A stretch of DNA of 64,000 nucleotides from Octopus sinensis. Taxonomy: Eukaryota. The notes beneath the pieces were generated by a model. The model saw only the letters and a list, made by a program, of their open reading frames with translations. It did not search any database and was not told the origin of the DNA. The DNA is taken from assembly GCF_006345805.1 (NCBI RefSeq), contig NC_043006.1, positions 89,094,001 through 89,158,000 on the forward strand, written 5' to 3'. Below, piece after piece: positions 26,534 through 40,267 of the stretch. Position 1 is the first letter of the stretch. Each line of letters begins with the position of its first letter. The translations under genes were made by a program, and so were the position numbers.

Positions 26534-26926
26534 TATATATATAGATAGATAGATAGATAGATGTGTATGTGTGTGCGAGCGTGCGATGCATAATTCCTTT
26601 TTGCCACATGTCGAAGCACACACATGAATAGCATGTACATTTTTACATGCTTTCTCTTTTACTTCTTGTCATACACGTTCTTCATATACCTATCCTGACA
26701 ACTATCTCAAGATAAAATTTTATCTTAATGCACTTTTGTGGGGATTTCTCTCCCTCATATTTCATTAGTAACTCTCATTAGTAACGCTCATCTGTGTATG
26801 CATGTATGTATGTATGTATGTATATTTATATATATATTTATATGTGTGAGTGTTTGTATGTATATATATATATACATAAATATATATATATATATGTGTG
26901 TGTGTATGCATATGCATATATATATA

Positions 26927-26954
<28 letters not shown>

Positions 26955-26958
<4 letters not shown>

Positions 26959-27670
26959 GATGATTGCTTCATCTTGACAGGTGATAGCCGTTCCATCAAC
27001 CCACATGCACCACACCCATCACACTGTACAATCACTCAGTTGATGAGTCCTCAGATGACTTTTAAGACCAGCCGCTGACTGACAGGATTTAAAGCACAAG
27101 TGGCAGATATTATTCAAGTTTCTTATATATCTTTGCCCTTTGGAATCTGATTCTGAAGGAATGTTTTTGTGAACTAGCATATGTCTTTTATGTTCAGATA
27201 TTGTCTTACAAAATTTTTGGCATATGACACAGGTCGTAAGAGGTGGTTGATGTCCAAGATTATTACCTATCTAGGCATTACGATTTTTACGTGACTTCAT
27301 ACGATTCACGTATCCTGCTTTTGACAACAGAACATGGTCACATATAATACATATCTAAAATTAACTGTCCATTAAAGTTCCAATTGTTGTTTTGCGACAG
27401 GCCCTTTAAAGTTCAGAGTGCTGAATCATCTTTCCCTCCCAGGCATTACAACCAGTCCTAACAGCACCTTTCCACCTGTTCTGATCTAGAACATCATTTT
27501 CCCAATCACTTTTGTTCATATCTAGTTTTTTCAGGTTTTCCTTCACACAGTCTTTTGTACCTTTTCCTCGGCTTATGTTGTGGTCGCTTACCAAAGTTGA
27601 GTTCACCATAAAGAAAGACGCTTTGGCAAACACTCGTCTTTCATTCAAATAACATGTCCAGTCCATCTCA
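26955..27670 (-). mobile_element. 3' fragment of an RTE-type LINE ending in three C2H2 zinc-finger units, a short 3' UTR and an (ATC)n tail
   Basis: One frame reads [98 protein letters not shown]. It contains four in-frame stops. Confidence 0.75.
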
Positions 27671-27817
27671 TTTGATGATGTAAAGAGAGGGATAGAGAGA
27701 GAGAGAGAGAGAACAGATTTTTAAACTTTCGTAGGGGTTATGTATGTATGCATGTGTGAATGGCTTCAGTCACACGCACATACACGAACATGTATGCGTA
27801 CAAAACACATATATGCA

Positions 27818-27932
<115 letters not shown>

Positions 27933-28099
27933 GCCCGAGACACGCTCCTTCCCAAACGATCAGCTATTATTTTGTAAACAATGTTTCGAAACTGTCGCAT
28001 TTTGTAAATAATGTTTCGAAAATAGGTGTATGTACGTATGTGTGTGTGTGTGTGTGTGTGTGTGGTGTGTTGCCCATATATATACTTAGTTGTGATCTG

Positions 28100-28828
28100 A
28101 AAATAACCGCTTCTCACACAGAGGATCGGGGGCCCTTTTGGGCGTTCTATTTTCTTTGCTGGAAGGGTTCCCAACCCATGGGCAAAGGGTGGGGTTACAT
28201 GATGGGAGTGGTGTTTTCAAAAGGGTTGGCATATGCAACCTGATCACCTCTGACGATCAAAATCCCAACCCATGCACTCCCGCCGCGACACTGATTCTGC
28301 AGAAATGGATTGGGTATGAAAACCAACTTTAAAGTATAAATATTGATGTTTTTGAATCAGCAATGTTCTGTTCGGTTAAGTCCTATTTCGAGTGAAAAAA
28401 TCAATAAACTGATTCCTTATGGGGCTTTCTATTTAATCAGGATTAAAAAAATCGACAAACCGATTCCTTATAGGACTTCCCACTAAAATTGGCTACACCC
28501 CATTCTCAACCATAACTTTTACCAATTTTGATGTATTTTGTTCAAACTTGATGCCAGCATTACTTAGGACTCGTGGGATCTTTGAATGTTTTAAGTTCTC
28601 CAAAAACGAAAACAAAAAAATCGATGAGTGGAAAAAATCGATAAACCGATTCCTTATGGGATCTCCCAATCAAATTGTCAGCAACTCATTTTCAGCCAAA
28701 AGTTTACCAATTTCAACGGATTTCGCTCAAATTTGACGTCGATGTTACATAGTTTGGTTTGAAATAAAGAGCTTGAATAGCTTAATAATACTAACTTAAA
28801 CCCGAGCAAAGCCGGGCTATACTGCTAG
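28100..28828 (+). mobile_element. Non-autonomous Helitron-like element (3' end clear, 5' end uncertain)
   Basis: Hairpin CCCGAGCAAAGCCGGG at 28801-28816, followed by CTAG|T at 28825-28829; internal AAAATCGAYAAACCGATTCCTTAT subrepeats. Confidence 0.65.
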
Positions 28829-28846
28829 TATATATATATATATATA

Positions 28847-29036
28847 CGTGGTCTGATCGAGAAGTATCCGGACTGTTGCTATAACAACTAAGCTAAATCA
28901 TGGAGACTAAACCCGCTTGGCACATACACCCGCTTAATGCACATATACAGCAGAATTCATGGTCAAGCTGTGCCAAGCTGCTTCGGGTAGCTTTGTTACT
29001 TTGGAAACAGTCCGGATACTTATTGATCAGACCTCG
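28847..29036. mobile_element. Mariner-type MITE, about 190 bp
   Basis: TIRs CGTGGTCTGATCGAGAAGTATCCGGACTGTT and AACAGTCCGGATACTTATTGATCAGACCTCG, with a TA-type flank. Confidence 0.82.
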
Positions 29037-29399
29037 TGTATGTGTGTGTGTGTGTGTGTGTAAAGGTTTTCCTAGTTAAAACTGAAATTCGTCTTTGAAG
29101 CTCCGATTAAACTATAGAGTGATACACAAGCATCCAACTATGAGCGCATTGCATCTTACAGCAGAAACTGTTGTAAGCTAATGAAGTTTATGACATAATT
29201 TTTGTATTTACTTACCATTTTAATTTCTTATGCATAAATACAAAAATACATATACACACACACACATATATATAAATATATATACGCCAACGGACAAAGC
29301 TCTCGAACGTTAAGTCATTCTGTTACTTCTAAATATTAATAAAAATATACATATACTCATATTTTGAGTTTTATTTTTCCTGTTTGCATCAACATACCT

Positions 29400-30065
29400 G
29401 TGTATGACACCTACTTCCTCTCTTCATGCCTACTTACCTTCTCTCTTCATTGATGCCGCTCCACCCACACACCTCACTTCCACATACCCACCCCTATCCC
29501 CTTATCTCCACCTCACACCCACATCCCCACATCCACACCTCCACTTACCCACACCCCCACACCACAAATCACAACACTACCACACCACTCCACATACTAG
29601 CACTGGCCACTTCGCAACACCTACACCACACGCATCATCTTCACACCTACACACTATCATCCGCACATCCACACACTATCATCCACACACCCACACATTA
29701 TAGACGCACGCACACACGCACACATCCACACGTCAAAGTCACTAGCCCCTTTCCACACACACACACACACACACACATGCATACGCACGCGCACCTTCAT
29801 TTTGGGTTCACCAATACTTTATTATCTCCCCTTCTTTCTACCACTCCTGTCAAACCTTTTTTCTCCCGACCAGTCGCCATGCTTGATCGCTAAATCCACA
29901 AGTTTTTTTTATTCACTTTTTGTTTGTTTTCTCTTATTTCTTTTTGCTGAAGAGCGTAGGCTCGAAATGTAAAAAACTTTCTCACTTTCCCGAGCGTCTA
30001 ACTAATACACTTGTTTGTTGTTCATACACCTGTCTTCGTCTTTTGTTTTTCAGTAAATTTCAACT
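29400..30065 (+). mobile_element. Possible PLE-type remnant: CA-rich tract followed by a degenerate hammerhead-like motif at about 29941-29977
   Basis: TTTTTGCTGA-A-GAGC(gtag)GCTC-GAAATGTA-AAAA parallels the motif at 2724-2758, but the core is degenerate. Confidence 0.35.
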
Positions 30066-30114
30066 TTATATACATACATACATACATACATATATATATA
30101 TATATTATATATAT

Positions 30115-30248
<134 letters not shown>

Positions 30249-31697
30249 CAACTATCAAATCCCCTTATGGAGGCTCCTGATTTTGCAACATACAAAAAGC
30301 TTTAGTAAAAGTTTTAAAGTCGATAGTGTAAGTTTTACTGCTGATGTTTGTACATTATATCTCTTAGTTTTATTTACTCGTGGTGCAATGTGAAATTCTT
30401 TTTTTCTTTCCCGATCTGAGACGAAAATGATTTAAGATTTTGAAAACACTTTCAAAGAGATGTCTTTCGCCTTATATTGTGTTTGTTTTGTTTTGTTTTG
30501 TATTTTGCCGAAATATTTTTTATGAGATGATATTTCGTTCATCTTCTGCCATAAAGTTTATGGGTTAAAGACATAACTCGTGATTAATGATGGTGCCTTG
30601 ACAATTACTTTTCGGTAACGAAGTTTTTCGTTCAATATATTCAGTTCATATTATATATATATAAAGTATGTGCGTACGTATATATATATATATATATATC
30701 TCCTTATTTGTAAGCATATCTTCACGTATGTATACGTATGTATGCATGTATGTGTGTATGTATGCATGTATGTATGTACAGTTTATCTAAGGTTATTATG
30801 TTATTCTAAAGCAATTTCCAGTATAACAACAGAACATTTACTAATACAGATATTCAATGCTAAAAGAAGAGTTTAAGAAACGATCGAAATTCCATTCTCG
30901 ATTTAAAATATACCAATACCTTCCAAAAAGATAATCCACCGCAGAGATTTTCCACAGAACGTAGATTTACAGTCCCATATCCCGTGATCAGCTGTAGACG
31001 ATAAAATACTTTTTTTTTTGTTTTATTCTTTTTTTTCATGAACAGTCTAATCTCAGTAATGCTTTCGTTCAGGTATGTTTCTACTTATCTTGTTGCTCCA
31101 ATAATACTGTGTAACAATTTTTTTTTCTTTTGCCTTTGGTCAGTAAGTGTTGTTTCCTATTTGTTTCTATCTAGAAATCAAACGAAATGACAACTATTCC
31201 ATCCAAACTTTCCTTTTGCGACCTGGACACCAAAGTTTTGAAACTGACCTGTTTTCCATTACATTTCAGACAGATTCGGTGCTGAGTTGCAGAAGCAGAG
31301 ATATTATTAATGTAAATATTCTACTCAATAACATAAATTTGCTTGTCAGTTGCTTGACCTTAACCACTTGAGCATGTCCCTTAATGGCTGACAACACGTG
31401 CATATCTGATCATAGCCAGAAGTAGCGATGGAGCATCATAGTCATATGCTGAGAAGGATTCTTTCCAATTTGATTAAATGTATCAAAACTAAAGTTTGAA
31501 GGAAATATTAGCCATTTTTCATACTTTCTAGGGGTGAGCAAATAAGAAGTAACAGTTGCTATCTAAGGACAAAAATCGTGTCACACAGTGTATTAGTAGA
31601 TATGCGTATGTGTGTATGCGTATGTGTGTATGCGTATGTGTGTATGCGTATGTGTGTGTGAGAGTTTTGTGTGTGTTCTTGTGTCTGTCTTTATCCC

Positions 31698-31912
31698 TCA
31701 CCTATTTCTTTACTACCCACAAGGGGCTAAACACGGAGAGGACAAACAAGGACAGACAAACGGATTAAGTCGATTACATCGACCCCAGTGCATAACTGGT
31801 ACTTAATTTATCGACCCCGAAAGGATGAAAGGCAAAGTCGACCTCGGCGGAATTTGAACTCGGAACGTAACGGCATTCGCCCGGTGTGCTAACGTTTCCG
31901 CCAGCTCGCCGC
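31698..31912 (-). mobile_element. SINE family A monomer
   Basis: Reverse complement of the family A head, core and tail. Confidence 0.88.
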
Positions 31913-31914
31913 TT

Positions 31915-32110
31915 TGTCTTTGTCCCTCACCACTGCATGACAACCGGTGTTGATGTGTTTACGTCCCCGTAGCCTAGCGGTTCGGTAAAAGAGAACTCTA
32001 CAATAAGTACCAAACTTAAAAAGAAAATAAGTACTGGGGTCAATTAATTCCTCAGAGTGATGCCCCAGCATGGCTGCAGTCTAATGCCTGAAGCAAGTAA
32101 AAGGTAAACG
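31915..32110 (+). mobile_element. 3' half of SINE family B
   Basis: GACAACCGGTGTTGATGTGTTTACGTCCCCGTA...GCCCCAGCATGGCTGCAG...GCAAGTAAAAG. Confidence 0.75.
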
Positions 32111-33249
32111 ATGTAAAAGGTATATGTGTGTATGTATGCATATCTATATGCGTATAAGTACGTGAGTATGTATATATGGGTATACGTATATGCGTATTGC
32201 AGTGTGTTTGTGAATTACAACTAAATATTTCATTACATCACTTGTTATAAATTTTCTCTTATTTGATGAAACGCCAGATAAATGTGACGCGAAAGAAAAA
32301 GAGAATGAGAGGGATGGGTAGATGGCAACAACAACAAAAGGAACATCGACCAAGGTGAGCCAACGAAGTACATTCCAAGTTGTGGCTCAGTCTGATAGAA
32401 ATAGCAACTAAATTTACATCAGGTCACACGCTATTTTCTTGAAACAGAGTAAGATTTAATAGATAATGTGGTCTAATGTTATTCCTAATAAAATGAGGCT
32501 GGCACGGAAGGAATATCTTTAATCATTGGCGAAATTTATCAGAGTTCACGAGAAGCTAAACATAATATATCAACATTAACAACATAGTTAACCAATTGAC
32601 AAAAGTAGACAAACGAAAAAATAAAGTCAATAAAACGATTTACTCAATCGATTTCTATGAAATAACATGGGACTCACTCTGAAAACTTGCTTTCAGTACT
32701 TCATTTTTATATGTGCGTTTGTGTATGTATGCGTGTATGTAAGTATTTTTATGTGTGTTTGTGTACATGTGTGTGTGTGAGAGAGAGAGAGAGAGTGTGT
32801 GTGTGTGCGTGTGCGCGTGTGTGTATTTGCATTTCGCTTGATGATCGCAGTAGCGGGAAACTCGAATTTTCTATTTATATAGATAAAATAAAGAAATTTC
32901 ATAAAAACTTTATTTAGTGGTCTGTATTATCACAACTGTCTGATAAACGGTTACGTAGTGAAACCCTGAGTAACAACAGCAAAATCAAGCACAAATGTTA
33001 CCGTCTCCCATACCATCAAAACACATACAACGCTTGTGAAGGTCTTTTTTTTTTACTTTAATACAATAGTAATTTACTTTACATTTGGTATCTGAGTACT
33101 ACTTTTTCCGCCTTGTTTTGCACATGTGTGCCTACAAAAACTGTTCTACATTTGAAACCCCTAAGCATATTTAACCCTACGCATACACACACACACGAAA
33201 AGTAATACGCACAACAACATACATACACAACAACACACACACCAACACC

Positions 33250-33349
<100 letters not shown>

Positions 33350-33391
33350 TTGGAAAAGGATACGTGGCGTTCGATCATATAATAGTATAAA

Positions 33392-33908
33392 TCTATATAT
33401 ATAAAACTGTAGTTGTGTGAGTGTCTGTCTCCTACGATTTAGATTCCTAACTCCTCCCACATTTTGCGGTGCAGTTTAACCAAATTCGGGTATCTTATAG
33501 TCGTGATTAATATCGAGCCCGTCTGGCTATTAGCGCGCGTCTACGATGAGTCTACGATTTTAAAAATAATTTAACATCATTTTTTATTCCATTTTAATGC
33601 ATAATTTTTCGTGTGTCGATGGCGGCGGAGTTGGCGTCCACGCTCAAACACCTGCACCTGTGTTTGCTTCTCCCCCTTCTTCCCTCCCTCGTGAAGCTGT
33701 GGGGAAGGGAGTTTAAGGAAATCAACGTCGTAATGCGTTGTCAAGAAGACCAGCGTTCTTTTAGAACAACGACTTCATGGCTTGAAGAAAACAAAACAGA
33801 AATGGCTAAGAAAGCCCGAATTGGCATCTATAAAGGAAGTAACTCTCTAAAAATGCTTATATAGTTATTTCCCTTACAAACCCGAGCAACGCCGGACGAT
33901 ACTGCTAG
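33392..33908 (+). mobile_element. Complete non-autonomous Helitron (517 bp)
   Basis: A|TCTATATATATAAAA 5' end; 3' hairpin CCCGAGCAACGCCGG at 33881; CTAG|T terminus. Inserted between A and T with no TSD. Confidence 0.8.
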
Positions 33909-34124
33909 TAATATATAAATATATGCATATATACATACATATATGTACATACCTACATATATATGTACATATACATACATATATGGGTACAGGACATCAA
34001 AGAAACGTTCATTGTATTCAACGTTTTTTTATGTCCTGTACCCATATATGGATGCATATATACATATATATGTAGGTATGTACATATATGTATATATATA
34101 CACACATATATTAACTGGCACACT

Positions 34125-34461
34125 CCGTCGGTTACGACGAGTGCTCCAGTTGTTCTGATCAACAGAATCCCTTGCTCATGAAATTAATGTAAAAGTGGTT
34201 GAATACCCCACACATACGCATAGCCTGAATGCAGTTCTCATTGTGATTCAGCATGACACAGAATGTGACAAGATTGGCCCTTTGAATTGCAGGTACAACT
34301 TAATTTTTGGCAGCGGGGTGGACCCGAACAACATGAAGTAAAGTGTCTTGCTCAAGGACACAACACGCCACCTGGAATCGAACTCATGAGCCGAATACAT
34401 TAACTGCTAGCGGCTGCAGTCACGCTGAAGAGCTGTGTGTGTGCGCGTGTGTGTGTGTGTG

Positions 34462-34503
<42 letters not shown>

Positions 34504-34745
34504 TGTGTGTGTTTGTGTGTGTGTGTGCGCGCGTCTGAACGTCTTTGTGTCTGTGTTTGTGCTCTTCACCACTTGACAACCGGTGCGGGTGTATTTACGT
34601 CCCTGTAACTTATGGTTCTGCAAAAACACTGATAGAATACGTATCAGACTTTTTTTCAAAAGTACTGGTATCGATTCATTCGCCAAAAAATCTTCAAGTC
34701 TCTGCTCCGGCATGATCACAACATAATAATTAAAAATAGTAAAGG
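34125..34745. mobile_element. Diverged SINE fragments (minus-strand tRNA-SINE at about 34125-34400; family B 3' part at about 34520-34745)
   Basis: GTCTTGCTCAAGGACACAAC..GGAATCGAACTC on the minus copy; TTGACAACCGGTGCGGGTGTATTTACGTCCC on the plus copy. Confidence 0.55.
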
Positions 34746-34784
34746 ATACATATGCATACATATATCTGTCTGTCAGTATAATAC

Positions 34785-35329
34785 ATGTATGTATGTATGT
34801 ATGTATGTATTATGTATGTATGTATGTATGTATGTATGTATGTATGTATGTATGTATGTATGTATCCGCGTCATCGTCGTCGTCATCAAAGTCTAGACTG
34901 GTGAAAAACAAGCCGAGATTCGAAACAGGTTATGAATTAGATGTCAAGAATGGCATCATTGGTGTTGTGGTGGGGAGAGATGGAACATTACAAGAAGAAC
35001 AGAGAAAAATGATGTAGTGATATAATAGATTGATTGATTGTTGTTGTTGTTGTTGTTGTTGTTTGCTGCATTTTTATGGTTTGGTCAAGAGAAAGGTGCA
35101 TTGCTTATGATATTCGCACCACCTCTGAGACGGGAGAAATCGATATAATTGATTTTTTTTTTTCAGTTTGGATGTTTGTAAGTCAACGTCTGCTGAGAAT
35201 TATACACATGTGTATATACAGACAGACAGAAAGACATACAGACAGACATACAGATAGACAGACAGACAGACAGACAGATAGATAGATAGGTAAATAGACA
35301 GATAGATAGGTAGGTAAATAGATAGATAT

Positions 35330-35427
<98 letters not shown>

Positions 35428-36139
35428 TGTATTATGTATATATATATATATATATTATGTATATATATATGTATATATATATATGTATGTGTGTGTATAT
35501 ATATATATATATATACATATATAAATAGCCATACATATACATATATAAATATTCATATATATACATATCTATATATATATATATACACACATATACATAC
35601 ATATATATGTATGTGTGTATATGTGTGTGTGTGTGTGTGTAGTTGAGAAAATGTGCCAGAAGGAAGGATTTAATGCAGGGACCAAGACGAAGAAGTGAGA
35701 TGTAACAAGGATGTATTCTTTTCTGTTTTGTTTCTGTTGTATTCGTTCTTGTTGTTTGTTTAGCGAGGGTAAGTAACATACTCTACAAAACTGGATGCAG
35801 AAGCGCTTCAACAACATCTCCATCTATATATATCACTGACTGCATCAGTACAGCAGTGTAGTAGTGCACCAGAACGATAAGCAATTCTCGTCTGCTTACT
35901 TCAGTGTTACACAAATGTCAAGAGAAGCGAAATCTTGAAGAGAGATGGAAAGTGATGGCAGGTGATGGGGTTTACTCTTCTCCTGAAAAAAGAAATAGTT
36001 TTTAAGGTTCCAACACCTTTGCCCTTTCTGTCTTTGTTCCTTGATGAAATCGCAAAAACGATCGGAGATGTTTGCATAGAATTTATAGGTCAGAATGTGT
36101 ATATATTTTTTTGTGTCGGTTTCTGTATAACTGTTTGTC

Positions 36140-36213
<74 letters not shown>

Positions 36214-36396
36214 TGTGTGTGTGTGTGTGTGTTGTGTGTGTGTGTTGCATGTGTATGTGTATATTTGAGCATGCGGAAGTGTTGTATGTGTTTTGATGAT
36301 ATGGGAAACGGTAACATTTGTGCTTGATTTTGCTGTTGTTTTTTTTTTCTTTCAGGCTCCAGACCTTGTGTTTGTACGTCTTACTGTAGTTAATCA

Positions 36397-36438
<42 letters not shown>

Positions 36439-36626
36439 TGTATGTATCTATGTAAGAACTTTGAGCTTCAGAGAAAGAAAAGTGAGAGAAAAAGATGTTT
36501 ATAAGGAAAAGTATAGGATTACATTGCATATACATTGTATATAAAAATGTATGTGTCTTGTTCCATCTCACTCTTTCTCTCCGCTCGTTCTCCTTTGTTT
36601 TCCATATCTTTTTCTTTCTCTCTCTC

Positions 36627-36685
<59 letters not shown>

Positions 36686-36686
36686 A

Positions 36687-36729
<43 letters not shown>

Positions 36730-36760
36730 TGTGTACATATGTATGTATGTGTAAACTGCA
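34785..36760. repeat. Dense compound microsatellite region: (TATG)n, (TTG)n, (GACA/GATA)n, (TG)n, (TA)n, (CT)n
   Basis: Direct inspection; short unique spacers lie between the tracts. Confidence 0.85.
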
Positions 36761-37449
36761 AGGTGAAAAAGCGCAAAAGTAACACTCGACACAGTTGGAG
36801 TCGTAAGTATTTAATAAATGATTGACACAGTTTTATGTTACTTAAAGCTTCAAATGTACGGATGTACGTCTACATCGTCCGATGTACGGAGGCAACGTAA
36901 AAAAAATTTTGTGAGAATATTTGGTTCTCTATTGATCAATTCAGGTCGTATAAATAGTTTGATAAAACAGCGACACTAGATAAGTTCATGGGTTTCTACA
37001 TGATGGAGAAGACATCAGCATAAATAAGTCAACTTCTCAGATACTGAAGTCTCACGTGGCGAAGTAATCGTTTGCGTGTCAGGCACAATGGCATGGAGTC
37101 ATTTCAGCCAAGTGATGTTCAGCCGTGATGATGGTACGTGAAAGGGAAATAATCTCATTATGAGCAAACAGGAATTGTATAGTCTGCAACCGGGCATGAG
37201 CTAGCTAGAGCTAAGATTAGCTTTTGGAGTAATCAGCGATCAAAGGCCTGTACTTCATTAACAGTACGTATCTCGGGTGACGACAATGGGGTTGATTGGA
37301 TTTACTGTTGATTATATACTGTAGGCTGATGCAGTATATCTAGTTTATTACAAAGGCAGAGTAGGCAATTACGAACACCAGCTGAGTAAGGAAGAACTCT
37401 GTCAAGGACGTCCCATACGATGTTGGAGAAATCATATCCGTTTCTCGGT

Positions 37450-37870
37450 GTGAGACTGTCGCGTAAAGCTTTCCTTTTTCTTGTGCATGCGCTGCGTAGA
37501 TAATTTTCTTGAAATCAGTAACAGTAATGGCCACAACATTCTTGAGGATCTTAGGATTCTCTTATAAATTGTAGAGTATACTGTTGATGCTCATGACTTG
37601 GTTTATAATTACAGCTGGAGACTAGTTGGAGTTCCCATGGATAAAAACAGTTTCCATCTTATGTTTTCTGTAGTGGTTAGTACTTGTGTCTTGAGATCTA
37701 GGATGACACCCAGAAAGTCGGCATTATTCAAGTTGGTGGTAATAGTTACAGTTAGAGTGAATTAGTTGAAAATATTTACAAGACTTTACCTGAATTTATT
37801 CATGGCGTACCATTCATATGACTTCAGGTTGCCAAGTCATCATCTCTGTACAGGATCAAACTGTAGACAA
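37450..37870 (-). pseudogene. Heavily decayed Penelope-type reverse transcriptase fragment (not in the ORF track)
   Basis: Minus-strand frames give LYRDDDLA (YRDD at 37839-37850), TITTNLNNADFLGVILDLKT and SN*SPAVIINQVMSINSILYNL. These match the PLE YRDDGL, FLDVTLDL and SNHPP motifs in the correct order. Confidence 0.7.
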
Positions 37871-38103
37871 TCTGTTTTTATAGTATAACATATACACATG
37901 TATGAATCAACATATATATGCAAGAATGCACACATATATATGCATATATAGACCGATGTATACTCACACACACACATACCCACACATCTGTGTGTATGAT
38001 TTCTCATATTTATCTTCAAATATTTAAGTTACATATAACAAACGAGGAAATTGCGATAGTGCTGGTGAGGATTATGGTATTGCAATTAAAACCATTGTGA
38101 TTA

Positions 38104-38109
38104 TAGCAT

Positions 38110-38150
<41 letters not shown>

Positions 38151-38180
38151 TAGTAGTAGTAGTAGTAGTAGTAGTAGGTT
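38104..38180. repeat. (TAG)n microsatellite
   Basis: Direct inspection. Confidence 0.95.
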
Positions 38181-38489
38181 GGTGGCAGTGTGTTTCTTGC
38201 CACATTCACAGCCCCACTGTCCTTCAGTATTGTTCCACCAGTCATAGGAGGTGATTGTGCTGTGCAAGTTTATATTTTGAGGTGAAGGGTAAATTATTTT
38301 CCTAGTCAAACACTTTTAAAACTTATAATAAACATTCATTGAGCAAGTTATTGATATGCATGTGAGGCATTTTATATTAATTTTATTTTCTGTTGAATGG
38401 TATAGATATTTCTGCTCAACTGTCATGCTCTGTATTATAATGATAAATTTATGAATGAATTTCTGTTTATCTTCTAAATGTTTGTTGTT

Positions 38490-40267
38490 TTCATTTTTCA
38501 GATGCGGGCATCTGAAAATAAGGCAGACAATTTCGGCTACATTACAGACGCACCGTCCAACTTCTATAGTTAAAAAGGCATATCACATTTTGGATGCAAG
38601 ATTGGCGACGAGAATAAGAAGTGGGCTCCTCACATATGCTGCAACACTTATGCTACTAACCTTTGCCAATGGTTGAACAGGAAGAGGAAAGGAATACCTT
38701 TTGTTGTGCCAATGACGTGGCGGGAGCCAACAGACGACCATTCCAACAATTGCTATTTCTGCATGGTACCGCCAGTAAAAAAGGACTTGCCAAATAAGGA
38801 GTCCATTGAATATCCAAATATTCCATCAGCTATTCGCCCGGTTCCACATGGAGATCTATCTGTTCCTGATGCACCAACTTCGGCATCCTTCGAGTCAGAT
38901 AAAGAAAGTGGTGAGGGGGTGGCAGAGAAGGATGACAGTGCTGGATTACAGAGTGACCCAAATTTTGATGAAGTACACTCATCTAGACCACATCTCAATA
39001 CACAAGGGGAACTCCATGATGTTGCCAGAGATCTACTACTTCCTAATAATAAGGCAGAGCTACTAGGCTCTCGTCTTCAACAGTGGAATCTCCTAGCAGC
39101 TGATGTGAAGATTTCAAAATTTCAGGACCGTCAGCAGCAGTTCAGCAATTTCTTCATAATGGAAGGTAATTTATTGGCCTGCAACAATATCAATGGGCTG
39201 ATGGAAACACTTGATATTGAATACGAACCCAATCACTGGTGGCTGTTCATAAAAAAACTTGTCTGAAAGGTGTCTTATTGCATAATGGCAATAGTGAACC
39301 ATCACTTCCTGTGGGCTATGCATATAAAATATTATGAACATCAATGGTAGTTCTGTGCTGACTTAAAGGTTGTTGCTCTTTTGATGCGCTGGCAGGACGG
39401 ATACACTAAGTACTGCTGCTTTCTGTGTGAATGGAACAACCGTGCAAGAGGTTCCCAATATATCAGAAGAGGCTGGCCATCTCGTCAATCATTGGAGCCT
39501 GAAATGAAAAATGTTCAACATCCACGTCTCACTGAAACAAAATTTTGCTACCACCGCTACACATAAAACTGGAGTTCATGAAAAACTTTGTAAAAGCTAT
39601 GGACAAACCCAGTCGGGGATTCAAATATTTAACATCAAAATTTCCTCACTGAGCGACGCTAAGACAAAAGAGAGGGTCTTCATTGGTCCTCAGATTCGAG
39701 AGCTTCTTAAAGATGGTGACTTTGAATCAGCCCTTCATGGGCAGAAGAAAACTGCTTGACAAGCATTCAAGTTAGTGACGAAGGGATTTTTTGAGAACAG
39801 AAGGAAAGGAAACTGTGAAGAATTGGCGGAAAACTTCATCAAGGTTTACAAGAACATGGAATGTAACATGTCACTTAAAATCCACTTTTTGGACTCACAT
39901 TTAAATTTTCCCCCTCAAACTGTGGGGCAGTTAGTGACGAACATGGTGAAAAGTTTCACCAAGATATTTCAACCATGGAAAAGCGGCACCAGGGCAAATG
40001 GAGCACATCAATGCTTGCAGACTATTGCTGGACATTGGCAAGAGATGGTTCTTCAGCGTACTATAAGCGTCAAGCAAAAAGGTAGATACGGACTAGAGCT
40101 TAAAATATGACACATATTGTACGTTATAATAAAATAATCAAATATTGCATGTCGTGCATATTTAAGCCTATAGCTAATAAGCATTTTGCAAGGTGATATT
40201 TGGATACATAAGAATTTACTAATCTCATTTAAGAAGCACACAACTTCTCAAAAATTGTTGACCAGTG
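38490..40267 (+). mobile_element. Chapaev3-like DNA transposon relic (nearly the whole transposase plus the right terminus)
   Basis: KWAPHICC, WREP..HSNNCYFC, YPNIPSAIRPVPH, KAELLGSRLQQWNLL, LKGVLLHNGN, CADLKVV, YCCFLCEW, PPLHIKL, MSLKIHFLDSH, VSDEHGEKFHQDI. The element ends CAGTG|TTA at 40263-40270. The family name is from recalled motifs only. Confidence 0.7.
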
